Part shown: positions 51,524 through 64,000 of the stretch, in pieces | Layout of the letters: each line of letters begins with the position of its first letter | How positions within the stretch are numbered: the first letter of the stretch is position 1 | Assembly: GCF_006345805.1 (NCBI RefSeq) | Contig: NC_042997.1 | Span: forward strand, 204,414,001-204,478,000 | Source: Octopus sinensis | Lineage: Eukaryota | DNA length: 64,000 bases | Direction: 5' to 3' | Made by a program: the position numbers and the translations under genes | The notes under the pieces: generated by a model | Databases searched by the model: none | What the model saw: the letters and a program-made list of their open reading frames with translations, nothing else | Told to the model about the DNA's origin: nothing

Positions 51524-53769
51524 TGACTTAATGCATGTAATGTAGTATAGTGTTAATAAACAGCTGACTATTGCAACAACTAGTTTGTCAGAAGATTGAA
51601 CAGGCACAAATGATGTAATGTGCTTACTTTCAGTATAATATGATTTAAAGCTGTGAATACTGTAAAACAATCTCTATAGATATTATTTATTGGCAAACCT
51701 TACGGCCGTGAGCTGGCAGAATCATTAGTGTGTCAGACAAAATACTTAGTGGCATTTCTTCCAACTCATTATGTTCTGATTTCAAATTCCAAAGGGTTGA
51801 CTTTGCCTTTCATCCTTTCTGGCTCGATAAAATAAGTACCAGTCAAATACTGAAGTCAAAGTAATCAGTTTACCCTCCTCTCCCTTACAATTGCCGGCCT
51901 TGTGCTAAAATTTGAAACAATTAAAGGCAGTGAGTTGAAAGAAATGCTAATGTGTTGGAAAAAATGCTTTGCTGTATTTCTTCTAGTTCTTTATGGTTCT
52001 GAGTTCAAATCCTGCCCAGGCCAACTTTGCCTTCTATCCTTTCATGGTTGATAAAATAAAGCATGAGTCAACTACTGGAATAAAAGTAACTGACCAGCCT
52101 GCACCCCACCAAGTTTCTGACCTTATTCCAAATTAGGAAGAATTATTTATTGGCATACTGTAACTTTAGAAGTTGATCTGGATATTTATTGGCTTCTAAT
52201 TAATTCTTACCCCTCTCTCATCCCTGGAATAATTTATTTCAATCTTTCACCTAACTTCTTTAGAGTTACTTCCCCTTTGATTTTTTTGTAATCCTGATTA
52301 ACTCTGATTTGTACATTATGCTAAATATTCTTCATTGACTTCTCATTGTTCATTTAAGATTATTTACATCAACAGATACGTTTTAAAACCTACAGGAAAA
52401 TGCTTGGTTCCACGAGTGACAATTCATTTCAAATTCAGAAAATGAAGATATATTCAACAATATATATTTGATTTCTCTGCCTGATCAAATGTAATTTTTC
52501 TATCTCCAGAGCGTAAAGAGCTCTAGCTATTTATAATTTCCCAAAAATGTCTGAAGACTGCAAAGTCTCTCTTCCGAAATCAGGAATTTTATTTTTATGT
52601 GAAACTGATTGGTAACACCACTTGTCTATAATATGCTTCTTAATTTATAATTTTGTATCTGAATTTTACACACACACACATGTACACACACTATCACCAT
52701 CATCCTTTAACATCCACTTTTCCATGCTTGCATGAGTCAGGTGGAATTTATTGAGGTAAATTTTTTACAGCTAGATGCTCTTCCTGTCACTAAGCCTTGA
52801 CTATTTCCAAACAAGGTAATATTTCCCTTTGGCTAGACATGTTTTCCATAGAAGACTGAGAAACAAACATCACTTGTATGATGTTGATGTTTGTTTATAA
52901 CTATCACATAATGTCAAGACAAGGTCACACACACACACACACATGCACACATCTACAGCAGGTCTCTTTCAGTTTCCCATAACCAAAATTATTCAGAAAG
53001 CTTTATTTGGCCGGGGGCTATAGTAGAAGACACTTGCTCAAGGTGCCATGCAAGACCACTGAACCTTAGACTACATGGGTGTGAAGCAAGCTTCTGAATC
53101 ACACAAGCATGTCTACATAACAACAACAACAGTGGCAACAACAACAACAACAACAGCAACAACAACAACAACAACAAACTGTAAGCAGTTATCTTCATAA
53201 AAGCCTTTTAAAACACGAATACTGTTGTGATGGTGCATAGATTAGTGGATCGGCTGTTGTGCTCACAATCCTAAAGTTGTGATTTTGATTCTTGGATTGT
53301 GCAGCACATCAATCTCTTGAGTCAGGTATTTCATTTTAAAATGCTGTCTACTCAGCTAAAAAGGAACACCAGCCTGGTGTTGTTCTTGCGGCACTCTCCT
53401 GTCCATCAATTCTTATTCTCTGTGTTCTATTGCACCAAAGGGTGTTAGAGCTAAGAAGGTATCTATATGTGCTTGCAACTACATGGGTACCTAAAGCAAT
53501 TAGCAAATGCATGGTAAATGTTGCCAGGTCATTCCCTTGCTGGTGATATGTTCTTTTCTTTTAATAATACCATTGTATTTATTGTTATTTCCGTTCATGG
53601 TTGAAACACATTTTTGTTTCTCTTTAAAGGATGTGACATACTTTAGACATGCTTTTATAAATTAAACATTGTATGGCTTATGCAATAGGCCGTATTGATG
53701 GTCACACGTTAAAGTAAATGAGAATGACAGGTAATAAATATTAATTTGGACTTGTAATGTAAAGAAGTA

Positions 53770-53928
53770 CAGTTCTATATTTAAGAGATGAGGAATTACG
53801 TACATTATTTACATTTGACGGATATTTGTCCTCATCTTGTTTGTTGCTGGAGGGTATATCAGCCAAAATGTTGTGTTAGCAACAAGCAAGATGAGGACAA
53901 ATATCCATCAAATGTAAATTATGTGTAA
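53770..53928. mobile_element. Small foldback insertion with 12-bp target-site duplication
   Basis: Arms about 53801-53848 and 53878-53925; direct repeat tgtaaagaagta at 53758-53769 and 53924-53935. Confidence 0.7.
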
Positions 53929-54374
53929 AGAAGTAGACTTAAAATTTTCTGCTATCAGACAATTTCACAATAAACTTGTATAATATGTTCCCAATGCACC
54001 TGTAGAATGATTTCACATCACATCAATAAAATTTTGCAACACACTTGTCTGGCCAAGAGTATGGAAACAGGTGAGAATTGACAGGAAAGGCATCTGGCTA
54101 TAGAAAATCCACCTCAACAAATTACATCTAATCTATACGAACATGGAAAAGAGGACTTTAAATCACACCAATAATGGTGATGAGACACAAATGTCCGTTT
54201 AATAATTTTACAACACCTGTATAATAGGAGTAAAGATTGTTTGCCAACATAACACGGCAGTCCTGGTTTAGAATGAATGTTGCTGTAATTTAGCCCCAGG
54301 AGACATCGTCTCCAGCTGGCTATATGACACGATCTGTGTCTATATTTTCGAACAAGGGAATCTAGCACCCACTC

Positions 54375-54417
54375 TCTGTATCGTGATTTCTGGGTTATTT
54401 CCTTTCATCAGTACAGA
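54375..54417 (-). ncRNA. Hammerhead relic, likely inactive
   Basis: Minus strand: TCTGTA-CTGATGA-AAGG aaataa CCCA-GAAA-TCACGA-TACAGA. Stem I is 6 bp; stem II and the NUH triplet are mutated. Confidence 0.45.
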
Positions 54418-55414
54418 ATAATTGTTCGGCTAGAGATATAATAGTAACTTCACAAAATACTTATATAGTAATATTTCTTTATGATTTCTTAAACATTATT
54501 TGCTATAATAAAGGTGGCAAGCTGGCAGAATTGTTAGCATGCCAGGTGAAATGCTTAGTGGTATTTCATTTGCTGCTATGTTCTGAGTTCAAATTCCAGC
54601 AAGGTGGACTTTGCCTTTCATCCTTTCAGGGTCGATTAAATAAGTACCAATTATGCACTGGAGTAATGTAATCGACTTAATCTCTTTGTCTGTCCTTGTT
54701 TGTCCCCTCTATGTTTAACCCCTTGTGGTCAATAAAGAAATAATTATTTGCTATAATAGTTTGTGATGACAGTTGTAAGAATAACACAATGACACTGACA
54801 GAGTATGTCCATAGATACGAGATAAGTTTTAAGTATAAGTTGCTGTGATAAATAGTTATTGTTGATTGAGCAGTTTGATATAATTGATTGATTTCTTACA
54901 GATTACACACACACACATTTTCATAGTATATGTATTGGTCTGTCCATCAGACAGCTGCCTCTCTCTCTCTCTCACATACACATACATATGCACACACACA
55001 CACACATCTAAGGAACACCACAGAAAAAATCAACAACTATATGAAGCCACAAACAATGCAAGTAAAGCACAGTCTGATGGAGGTAGCTCAGCTGAAACTT
55101 CGAAATCACTATCAATCTTCTCTACTAAGAATTATTGAATAATCCAGTTTAATGCTAAATTGTGTTTTTTATAGATACCCCAACATAAAAATATAGAATC
55201 TTTATATATATATATAATGTACACTCTACAGCATGTAGTTGACGAATACGCACATATTCTAGGTATCCTTTTTTTCCTTATTTCTTTTTTCTTCATTCTT
55301 TCTTTCTCTACTTTGATAAAGGTTTCATCCAAAATGTTAGTTTGCTTCCTTTTCCATTTGTCAACATACATTTCAAAATGCACAACTGTTTAACATTTTT
55401 GATGTATGCTTTTT

Positions 55415-55449
<35 letters not shown>

Positions 55450-56984
55450 CATAGTGCCACATTAAAAGTATTGGTGCTGGTGCCACATAAAAAGCACTGG
55501 TGCTAGTGCTACATAGAAAGCACTGATGATGGTGCCACATAAAAAAAAAACACCAAGTATATTTTGTAAAGTGGTTGGCATTAGGAAGGGCATCCAGCTA
55601 TAAAGACCAGCTAAAAACAGACTATGGGACCTTTTGTGTCTCCTGATCTTGCCAACTCCTATCAAGCTATCTGACCCATGCCAGCATGGAAAAAAGACGT
55701 TAAATTATGATGATGATGATGACGAAAATTTATATGCACATACTTGCAGGCAATTGGAAAGACAAAGTATATTTTACAGTGTCTTATTTCAAATTCAAGG
55801 GCACAGACAGACAGACAGAAAACAGAATGGATTACACGTGAAATGCATGACTGTATTTGCTTCTATATTTAATTTGTTCTCTAACATGTTTTAAACTTAT
55901 ATATAACATTTTATTAGGGTTATGGAAAGTGATGTTCACTTTTGGGAAAAGGACAGAATTACCAGAAGCTCTTTGACTAAAAGCTACATGAGAGCTATCT
56001 ATTATTGTTTTGTAAGTACTTATTTACTATGGCAGCAAGTAACTATCCTGCTGCTACAAGCAGACAAGATCAGGGATGCAAGAAGTGGACGTGGGGTGGA
56101 GACATATAAACGTTTTGAGAATCCCTAAGATGGAAAAGTTCTGTCATGCCTTAATAATTTCATTCCAGCTTTGAAGGGTAAATCTTTCAAGAGTTATGTG
56201 TGGATTGTGTGGTGAAGAAGGAAAGGGAGGCTGTTAGAATTGAGAAGGTTGTAAAGTATCTGTGAAAATGTTTGTTGTCTCTTTTTCATAATACAAACAT
56301 TCTCCTCTTTCGCCCGGAGATAATATAACTGAAGAAGATTCTATTGCAGGAACTGAGTTACTTGTGATGTCTCTAATCCATTAGCTATTAATTCTATCAT
56401 ACTAATTAAAATTGCAGTTTATTGCAGTTACTGTTATTGTTCAAGGTTTTTCCTGTAATATAGATTTCACTGACATCACCTTCATCCTTCACACCTTTCA
56501 AATATTGTTTCTAGGCAACAGTCACAAACAAAACATGTGTGAAACACTTAAGATTAATGTGATAAAAAAAAGATTATTTTGTCTGACTTTTGTTATGAAT
56601 ACAATTCCAAGGATGCGTAAGTGGCTCAAACTGCAATACGATGAGAGAGGAATACAAAGCAAGAGGAAGAATGTTTAATTATAAATCGTTAATATGGTTA
56701 TTGATATTTATTTTTAACATAGCCACACAAAGCCACTCAGTTTTTTGGAGACTATTGGGGATTATATCAATGTCAATACTCTGAATTATTGTGGAGAATT
56801 TCATGGATAATGCATAAGTCAAAATATATAAATTGACAGAGGAAGAATTGTTTGTTAGCTTTCCATGTATGTAGCATAGTTCAGGTTTATTTATATTCAG
56901 CAATGGTTAACATGTTGATAACTCTTCTAAAAAGTGGAAATAAACTGTGCTGCAAATGATGTCAGTGAAATCCCAATAATGTCA

Positions 56985-57240
56985 TCAACAGAACTGGTGA
57001 AATACCTTAATATTATTAACAGATTTCCCTGATCATGCCACGTCCACAGACAGTTGTATAGTGTCTTCTAGTGATATATTAAGAAATTCTGAAATAACAG
57101 CTGAGGTACACTGTTGTAATCTAGTATACACAAATGATGAGAGCATCCATACACAGACCATCGAAGGGAGATGGATGCTTGCCAAAAAGAAATTCAAGCA
57201 AAAAGGTGAGATGCTTCATTTACTTGTGCATATGTGGTGA
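56985..57240 (+). mobile_element. Probable Merlin/IS1595-like DDE transposase relic
   Basis: NRTGEI...PDHATSTDSC...EVHCCNLVYTNDESIHTQTIEGRWMLAKKKFK resembles the Merlin motifs DR...L, PG..I.SD.W and VNH...FV....HTQTIE..W...K. Confidence 0.5.
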
Positions 57241-58360
57241 CTGTTGTGTTTTCCTGTAAATGATATCTGTACTCTACATTGTTTTCATGTTAAATAAACA
57301 CAATACAATTATGCAATTTCAATGTCAGCATTTCTGGTTTCTGTTGCAATTTACTTTCACTATTTTTTAGAGAAAATTAAACAGCATGTTTGGACTTTAT
57401 AATATTTGTCCAAAAATTTACACTTTGATTGTAACCCAGGGGCCTGGTTGCATTCCAGATGATTTGTTTTCTGGTGTGGAAGCTACCTGAATGTTTATCT
57501 GTGATAGCCAACTCATCTTGGGTGGGTGGCTCTTCCAGACTGTCTGGAGATTTTTGACTATATGAGTAGGGAGTCCCATGGACATTGTAGACTGCTTCCT
57601 TCTCAGTGGGGAGGAAGGGAGAGAGAGAGAGATGGAAAAACAGGAGAATCGATCCTCAGTACTTAGCTGATATTTCATATATTGACACTAAAGGGACAAA
57701 AAGCAAAACAATTGATGCTAGTGAGATTTGAACTCAGAGTACAGAGAGGTAGAGCAAATACTGTCAGACATTCTATCTGATGCTCTGACTTTCCTGTCAA
57801 TTCATCAGATTTTGTTTTAGTTTGTTGCCTCACTGTTCTATAATCCAATCGGGACATCAGCTTCACCTTGCAACCCCTAACTCTAGTAAAACAAATGTCA
57901 GTGATATCCAACTAAATCTATCCACAACAAAATTGATTCAGTTTAATCAAAGGAAATATTTTATTGTAAAAAAATTGTGCCTCCTTGAATATCAGGAATC
58001 TTTGATTGCATGCCAGAAGTCTAAATTGATATGATGTCACTAAAAGTTAATTTTGCATGAGATCATAGTTCATCTGAAGAGAGAAATATTAATTTGATGG
58101 TTTCATTCATTTGTAGTGAGGCTTCTGCTGAATTTCAAACTGTATCACTCCGATTCGCTATTTAGGACAACAACCAATCTATATTGCCATAAATGGTAAA
58201 AGCCAGCTATGAGAAATTAATTGTGTTGCTATAAAAGACATTCGGGCCCAAGCAAACAGGGTTTGACCAATTCGATTGGCTGATGTGTTACCAAATGATG
58301 GAAGTGATAATATCTTTTGTGAAGTTTCCCTCATCAGTTTTGTGATAAGGTGTTCTCGTC

Positions 58361-58622
58361 TTAGTTAGTTAGTTAATTTGGCTCAAAAGCAAATAGCAAG
58401 GCCATGTAGGGGGGACATGGAGTTAAGTACAGGGTGGTGTTCATGTAAAGAGTTCAGGCCACTTGAGGTCAAGGGAGGCTTTGAACAAAGCGGTCGTCGG
58501 CATCTTCACCATCTCGTCTAGCAGCTTGTTCCACGGATCCGCAACCCGGACGGAGAAAGCTCCTCTCCGTCGATTGAGATGAAATCGTCGCAGGTAGAGC
58601 TTTTCGGAATGACCCCGCAGTC
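58361..58622 (-). mobile_element. CR1/L2-like LINE 3' end, young
   Basis: LRGHSEKLYLRRFHLNRRRGAFSVRVADPWNKLLDEMVKMPTTALFKASLD; (TAAC)n tail; many CpGs retained. Confidence 0.85.
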
Positions 58623-58748
58623 TACTTATTCTGTCTTTAATAAGTATGAATAATTTTCATATTACTAAAATATTTTATGCCATGAAAATTTTTAACAGTT
58701 ATATTCATTATTTCACATATGATGCATTTATGTAAATGCTCCAGGAGA

Positions 58749-58854
58749 TAAAAAAAATATAGAGACTTACACTTAAATAAAAAATATAGAGACTTACACT
58801 TAAATAAAAAATATAGAGACTTACACTTAAATAAAAAATATAGAGACTTACACT
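58749..58854. repeat. 27-bp minisatellite, about 4 copies
   Basis: taaataaaaaatatagagacttacact at 58774, 58801 and 58828, plus a partial upstream copy. Confidence 0.9.
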
Positions 58855-60984
58855 ACTATCAGTGTGGTCATTCTTGCTTTCACACACAATCTACCCAATA
58901 TTGTGTGCTACCAATGACAAATTATTGACTTATATCAATATGGATAATTCCCCCACTAAACGATCAGCTGGCATAATGGTGCTGTAGCCTGGCCCTCCAT
59001 TGGTTACAATGACAAGGGTTCCAGTTGATCCGATCAATGGAACAGCCTGCACATGAAATTAATGTGCAACTGGCTGAGCACTCCACAGGCATGAGTTCTC
59101 TTAATATAGTTCTCAAGGAGACACAGTGTGGCACAGAGTGTGACAAGGCTGGCCCTTTGTATTACGTGTGCAACTCATTTTTGCCCATTGAAGGGACTGG
59201 AGCAATGAGAAATAAAGTGTCTTGCTCAAGGACACAACATGCCACTGGGAATTGAACTCATGACCTTATGACAGTGAGCCAAATCTCCGGCCACAAAGCT
59301 AAGCATCTTCACTTGATATCATAGAATAAGAAACATTATAACATTCACCAAACACAACATTTAATATGAGTCATACAAACTGTTTCAAACCTTTTTCTAT
59401 CATTAATATAACACATACTGGAAGTAAAAGTGGATGTTTGTGGTAATTAATGTTAAGAACCTCTTCCTGAGAAAATATTTAAGAACTGAAGAAAAAAGAT
59501 GTAAAATATTTTGCTTTAGGTGAATAGGTTAAAACAGAGGGCTATTTATATTCCACTCTTTCAATTCTCTCCGCATTCTTTACAATGTAGCTGTGTTTAT
59601 TTCAGGTGCAGAATGGGTAGACAGACAGTCCTTTTGCCTTTTTCAGAATAGCAGACTGCTAATGTCATTTGACGTTCCTTGCCTGTTGCTACTACTCTGC
59701 TAGGTATTAGTTGCAGTTATTCCTCAGTAATAACGTTAGGTGAACATCTTGAAGAAATGTTAATGCTACATAAAATACGTTATTTCAGTTAACTTTGTGG
59801 CTGACATGAGTTGATATAATAACTTCTTCGTTTTTTTATTTTTATTTTTCCAGATTCCAAGATTCAACAGAATAATTATTTGACTGTTCATAACGGATTG
59901 TTCTTTCTTGAAATTTGAGAAAAGAATTTAAGAAAATCATAACTGGCTCCTGCAGGAAATAATTTAAATATATTTTATCCAAACCTACCAGGAAAATGTG
60001 AAGAGAAAGTTTGTTAATTAAATGTGGTGGCATTTTGAAAATCTGTTAATTACACTAGCAGTCAGGAGAGAAAACTTATGTCTGTAGCTACTGCTAGGAA
60101 GAATGTGCCAGAACATCCATTCACCTACCAATATTTTGATTAATAAATCAATTTGCCTCAAGGAAAAGCATTTCTAAACATTATTGAGTTACAAAACTAG
60201 AAAACACCAATAGCTTATCTCCATTTTTCTTTTCTTTTTTCTTTCTCTTTTTAGTTTTCAGGAGTATATATAAGTTTTAAAGATGCTGGGTATTAAAGAT
60301 GGTGGGTATATATAAGTTTTAAAGATGGTGGGTATGTCTGGGTATTCCATGGAGACTTTTAATCATTGAGTTTAATTTCTTAGCACAAAACATATTTCTT
60401 CAAAGGATACCAGATAAACCACATATATCTGGGTACATCTTAATAAGCAACAACTCCCTTCTTGCATGGGCCATGATACCACAAAACCTGTTTTGAAAAT
60501 GACTTAACAGATCCTATCAGGTGGTACTATTAAGTTAGACATGCCCAGGGGCCATTCTTTGGCTGAAACATATCTAAGTTATTTATCAGTTATTATTAAA
60601 GCTAGTTTTATATATTTCCATGTTAATTGTCATTGAAATGGTGTTCAAACATCAGAGAATAGATCCAGTAAAGACAATCTGAAAAATTCTGAAACTGGAA
60701 TACTCAATGTAACATCCATTTTAGTAAGTTCAATGTACATTGATTACCGATTGAATATGCAAGATAGAAGAGGCATGAATGTGTGGTTTAGAAGTTTGCT
60801 TTATAAACATGTAATTCCAACTTCAATCCCATCAGTGCTAAGTTAAGTAAAATTTAGTAGATGGAAACTGTGTGGACACCTGCTGCCTGGATAGTTTCTG
60901 CTCAGTAATTAATTATAATTAACCATAAATGAGAATAATGAGAATCATTTATAATAATGTAGTTGTCTGTTGTGGAAGCTGGAG

Positions 60985-62660
60985 GAACAATTTTGAAGTC
61001 TGTTTTAAGAAACTCCAAGAACAGGAATTAAAACAAAAAAATCTCAGTAGATTATTGAGATTTGTGTTACAAAGTAATACAATGAAATTTGGACAAAGAT
61101 TGTACCACCAGACGAGGGGTTGTGCCATGGGTACTTCCATGGCAATTAATTTCGCTAATGTCTTCATGACGAAATTTGAGACACAACTACTGAAGACATT
61201 CAAATCCCTTCATGGTCATGAACCAATACTTTGGTTACGGTTCATTGATGATGTCTTGTCTGGGATGAATCACAAGATAGTTTAATTGACTTCTTGCATT
61301 TCTGTGACAGTTATGCTAAAAATTAAGGCTTTAAGTCCAACATAATATTTACGTCTAGTTTTTCAAAAACTAGTGTTGAATTTTTAGAACACAAAAGTTA
61401 AGTTTTTTGGAGGCAGAATGGTAACAGAGTTATTTTGCAACCCACGTCATCCCACATTTATCTCCACCACCGCTCCAATTATCCACATCATCCTATTCGA
61501 TCAAATCCGAAATCCCAATTTTTGAGGATAAAACGGATTTGTACTGACATAGGGGATTACTGGAAACATGCAAATGCTTTTGTACATCATTATGTTAAAC
61601 ACAGTTACAGTGAATCATGATTAAAGGAAATAGCAAATAACATAGCTAAGATTAGCAAAGAAAGTTAAACCTTCATGCATAATTTTAGCAAACACAATAC
61701 AATTGATGACAGAATTCCTTTAGTGATTAACTGGCACCAAAATTTGGCTGGTATGTCAAAAGTGTTGCATGAAAGTTACCAGCATGTAGCGAAAAAATAT
61801 CCACATTTCAAATTTGACATTTCCTCGGCTGCCTATTGTAGCCTTTAGACGGAATAAGAATATAAGAGAATTATTGACCTCTATTTCTGACTCCAAGAAA
61901 ATGAACATTGGAGTATCTGCATGCTGTACCTTAAAAAACAGCCGCAAGAGAAGTAAGCCCTGTTCATTGCGCAACAATATGGGTCAAGTCAGGAATCATA
62001 ACAGAAATGTTATGATTTATACAGAAGGTGGAACATGTAGAGATTCAAATTTGGTGTACATGGCAGAATGCATGAAACACAACTTAATTTATGTTGGCTG
62101 CACAACAGAACAATTAAACAAAAGGTTTAATGGGCTCAGATTCGACGTCAGGCACAATAAGAGTAGTTCGACAGAATTTGCTGAACATTTTACTTCAAAC
62201 GGCTGCAATTATGAAGAAGACTTGAAAGTGCATATTCTCTGAAAATATTCTGAATCTGCTTCACTTTCACTTCTCAAAATGCATGAGGAGAAATATGTTT
62301 GTGGGTTATTAACATCACACTCTGGAGGAGTGAATGAAATGACAGGCGAATATCAAATTTATACAAAACAGTTTGATTAAATAGTCATTTTTCTTTTCTT
62401 TTCTCTTTTTTTCTGTCTTTTTCTTTTTGCCTGTTATAAAACTGAAACTTAAAAACTGATGATGTCATCCCATCAACATGTGGAAGCTGGTTTCTCTTGT
62501 TTATACTTTAAATTTCTATAATTTTGAATTTTTATCACTTCTTATTTTGAACTTGACAAAGACAGATTTACTGACAAAATATTGTTCAACCAATAAAATA
62601 TCTATTACAATCGAATTGCACTCTTTGTCTTGACTGTTTACCTTTGTGAAGAGTTACATC
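60985..62660 (+). mobile_element. Penelope-like retroelement (Neptune-type), 5'-truncated and frameshifted: RT plus GIY-YIG endonuclease
   Basis: RT motifs QTRGCAMGTSMAINFANVFM..FE and WLRFIDDV; thumb region YLHHRSNYP...KSQFLRIKRIC; PIVAFRRNKNIRELL; Cys cluster followed by GIY-YIG TCRDSNLVYMAEC...YVGCTTEQLNKRFNG; AATAAA at 62592. Confidence 0.9.
62547..62589 (+). ncRNA. Degenerate minimal hammerhead-like motif at the Penelope 3' end
   Basis: TTGAAC-TTGACAAA-GACAG attta CTGAC-AAAATATT-GTTCAA: 6-bp stem I and palindromic AATATT, just before AATAAA. A second relic (CTGATGA...GAAGCTGGTT) lies at 62456-62492. Confidence 0.5.
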
Positions 62661-62678
62661 AATCCTTTTAAAATATTA

Positions 62679-62721
<43 letters not shown>

Positions 62722-64000
62722 AATGGTGAACTGGCTGAATTGTCAATGTGTTGGAGCTTTCAGCTTTTTATATTCTGAGTTCAAATTTTACTGAGGTCAA
62801 TAAAATAAGTACCGGTTTAGCACTGAAGGGGTCAATGTAATTAACTTCCCCACCTTTCAAAATTGCTGGCCTTGTGCTAAAATAAGAAAGGATCATTATT
62901 ATAATTATTACACTGGTGAGCCAACAAAAACGTTAGGGCCTCTGGCAAAAATGCCTTGTAGTATTTTCTTCAGCTCTTTGCAGTTTCGGTTCAAATCCTA
63001 CCACGGTCAACTTCACATTTCTTATCATCAGAGTCAGTAAAATAAAGTACCAGTCATATACTAGGGTAATGGTGGATATAGTCAACTATCCTTTTCTTGT
63101 GTGTCTTTGTTACAAACAATTCTATGAGAAATTTTGAAGGTGGAGAGAACATAAAGAAAACCTCAAAATGGCTTTAAATTTTGATTGACCAAAACACCAA
63201 AGGAACCTCTACTTAATCTCTCAATGTACTAAATACCCTCAAAACAGCATCCAACCATCTTAAATAATGAAAGGAAACAGACAATGTAAGCTGAGACACA
63301 TTCTGAATAAAAGACAGGATGGTTATGGCTGGATAATCTTTGATAATAGATCTGGCTGGTCTACGATTTAACTGTAACAACAAAGGACACATTAAGTAAT
63401 GTAGTCTTGGATACATTATGTCTGAATAAGAAAAAAAACAACAAAACAAAACAGAACATGGTCAAGAGAAGAAGGTGGAAGAAGATTCCATTTGGGTCTC
63501 AGGAAGTGAGAATCCTTGCAAAATTAAAGGGAGTGTTGAAATTTAAAAAAATTGTTTTTGGGAAGGAGCCCAGCAGATTATCAGTGGGTTCTTCCTTTGC
63601 TCTCAGGGCCTTGGACTAATGTACCAACTGAACCCCACCCTCTCTGTGGGCTCTGGTCACAACTAGCATATCTTTGATCATCGGTCTGCTCAATCAGGAC
63701 TGACAGAGAATAAACAATAACAATGACGGCAGATTGAAAAATCAATGTGAAGAATATTGATATAAGTTCTTACATATTTTTACAGTAAACAAGTATTTTT
63801 CAGTCGGAGAAAACAGGGTCAACCAATTGCAGAACTAAGAGTATAAATATATGAAATAAAACTGTAAACAAGATAAAGCAGAACCAGATTATTTCTGCCA
63901 ATGGCACCTCACCCTTAGAATAGAAAGGTTATCATAAATGGATCCTTCACATTTTTTATCCAGCTTCTATCAAAACGTGCTGTTTCGCTCTCATTTCCCC

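Noticed and set aside
51070-51670. Mucin-like poly-Thr, -Leu and -Tyr ORFs
   Set aside because: (TAC)n/(TGC)n microsatellite with no splice or domain context.
58749-58854. 27-bp repeats as a CRISPR array
   Set aside because: No spacers; a simple minisatellite.

Overview
AT-rich, microsatellite- and repeat-saturated eukaryotic DNA. The SINE, RTE and Penelope repertoire and dense (TA)n/(CA)n arrays suggest an octopus genome (inference). The only convincing host coding sequence is one large minus-strand exon (acceptor at 46028-46029, ATG 45963, stop 44353). It encodes a TRIM/RBCC E3 ligase (RING, B-box1, B-box2, coiled coil) whose disordered tail has several TQT-like motifs. The rest is mobile DNA: several SINE families, decayed RTE, R4/Dong, Tx1-like and CR1-like LINEs, a Neptune-type Penelope-like element, piggyBac- and pogo-type MITEs, and a probable Merlin relic. 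The most interesting signal is a set of type I hammerhead ribozyme motifs, most in microsatellite-flanked elements that often carry inverted repeats. Two have intact catalytic cores and unusually long stem II hairpins. Others sit at the Penelope 3' end, suggesting a family of Penelope-mobilised, retrozyme-like foldback elements. Nearly all other ORFs in the track are microsatellite or SINE artefacts.
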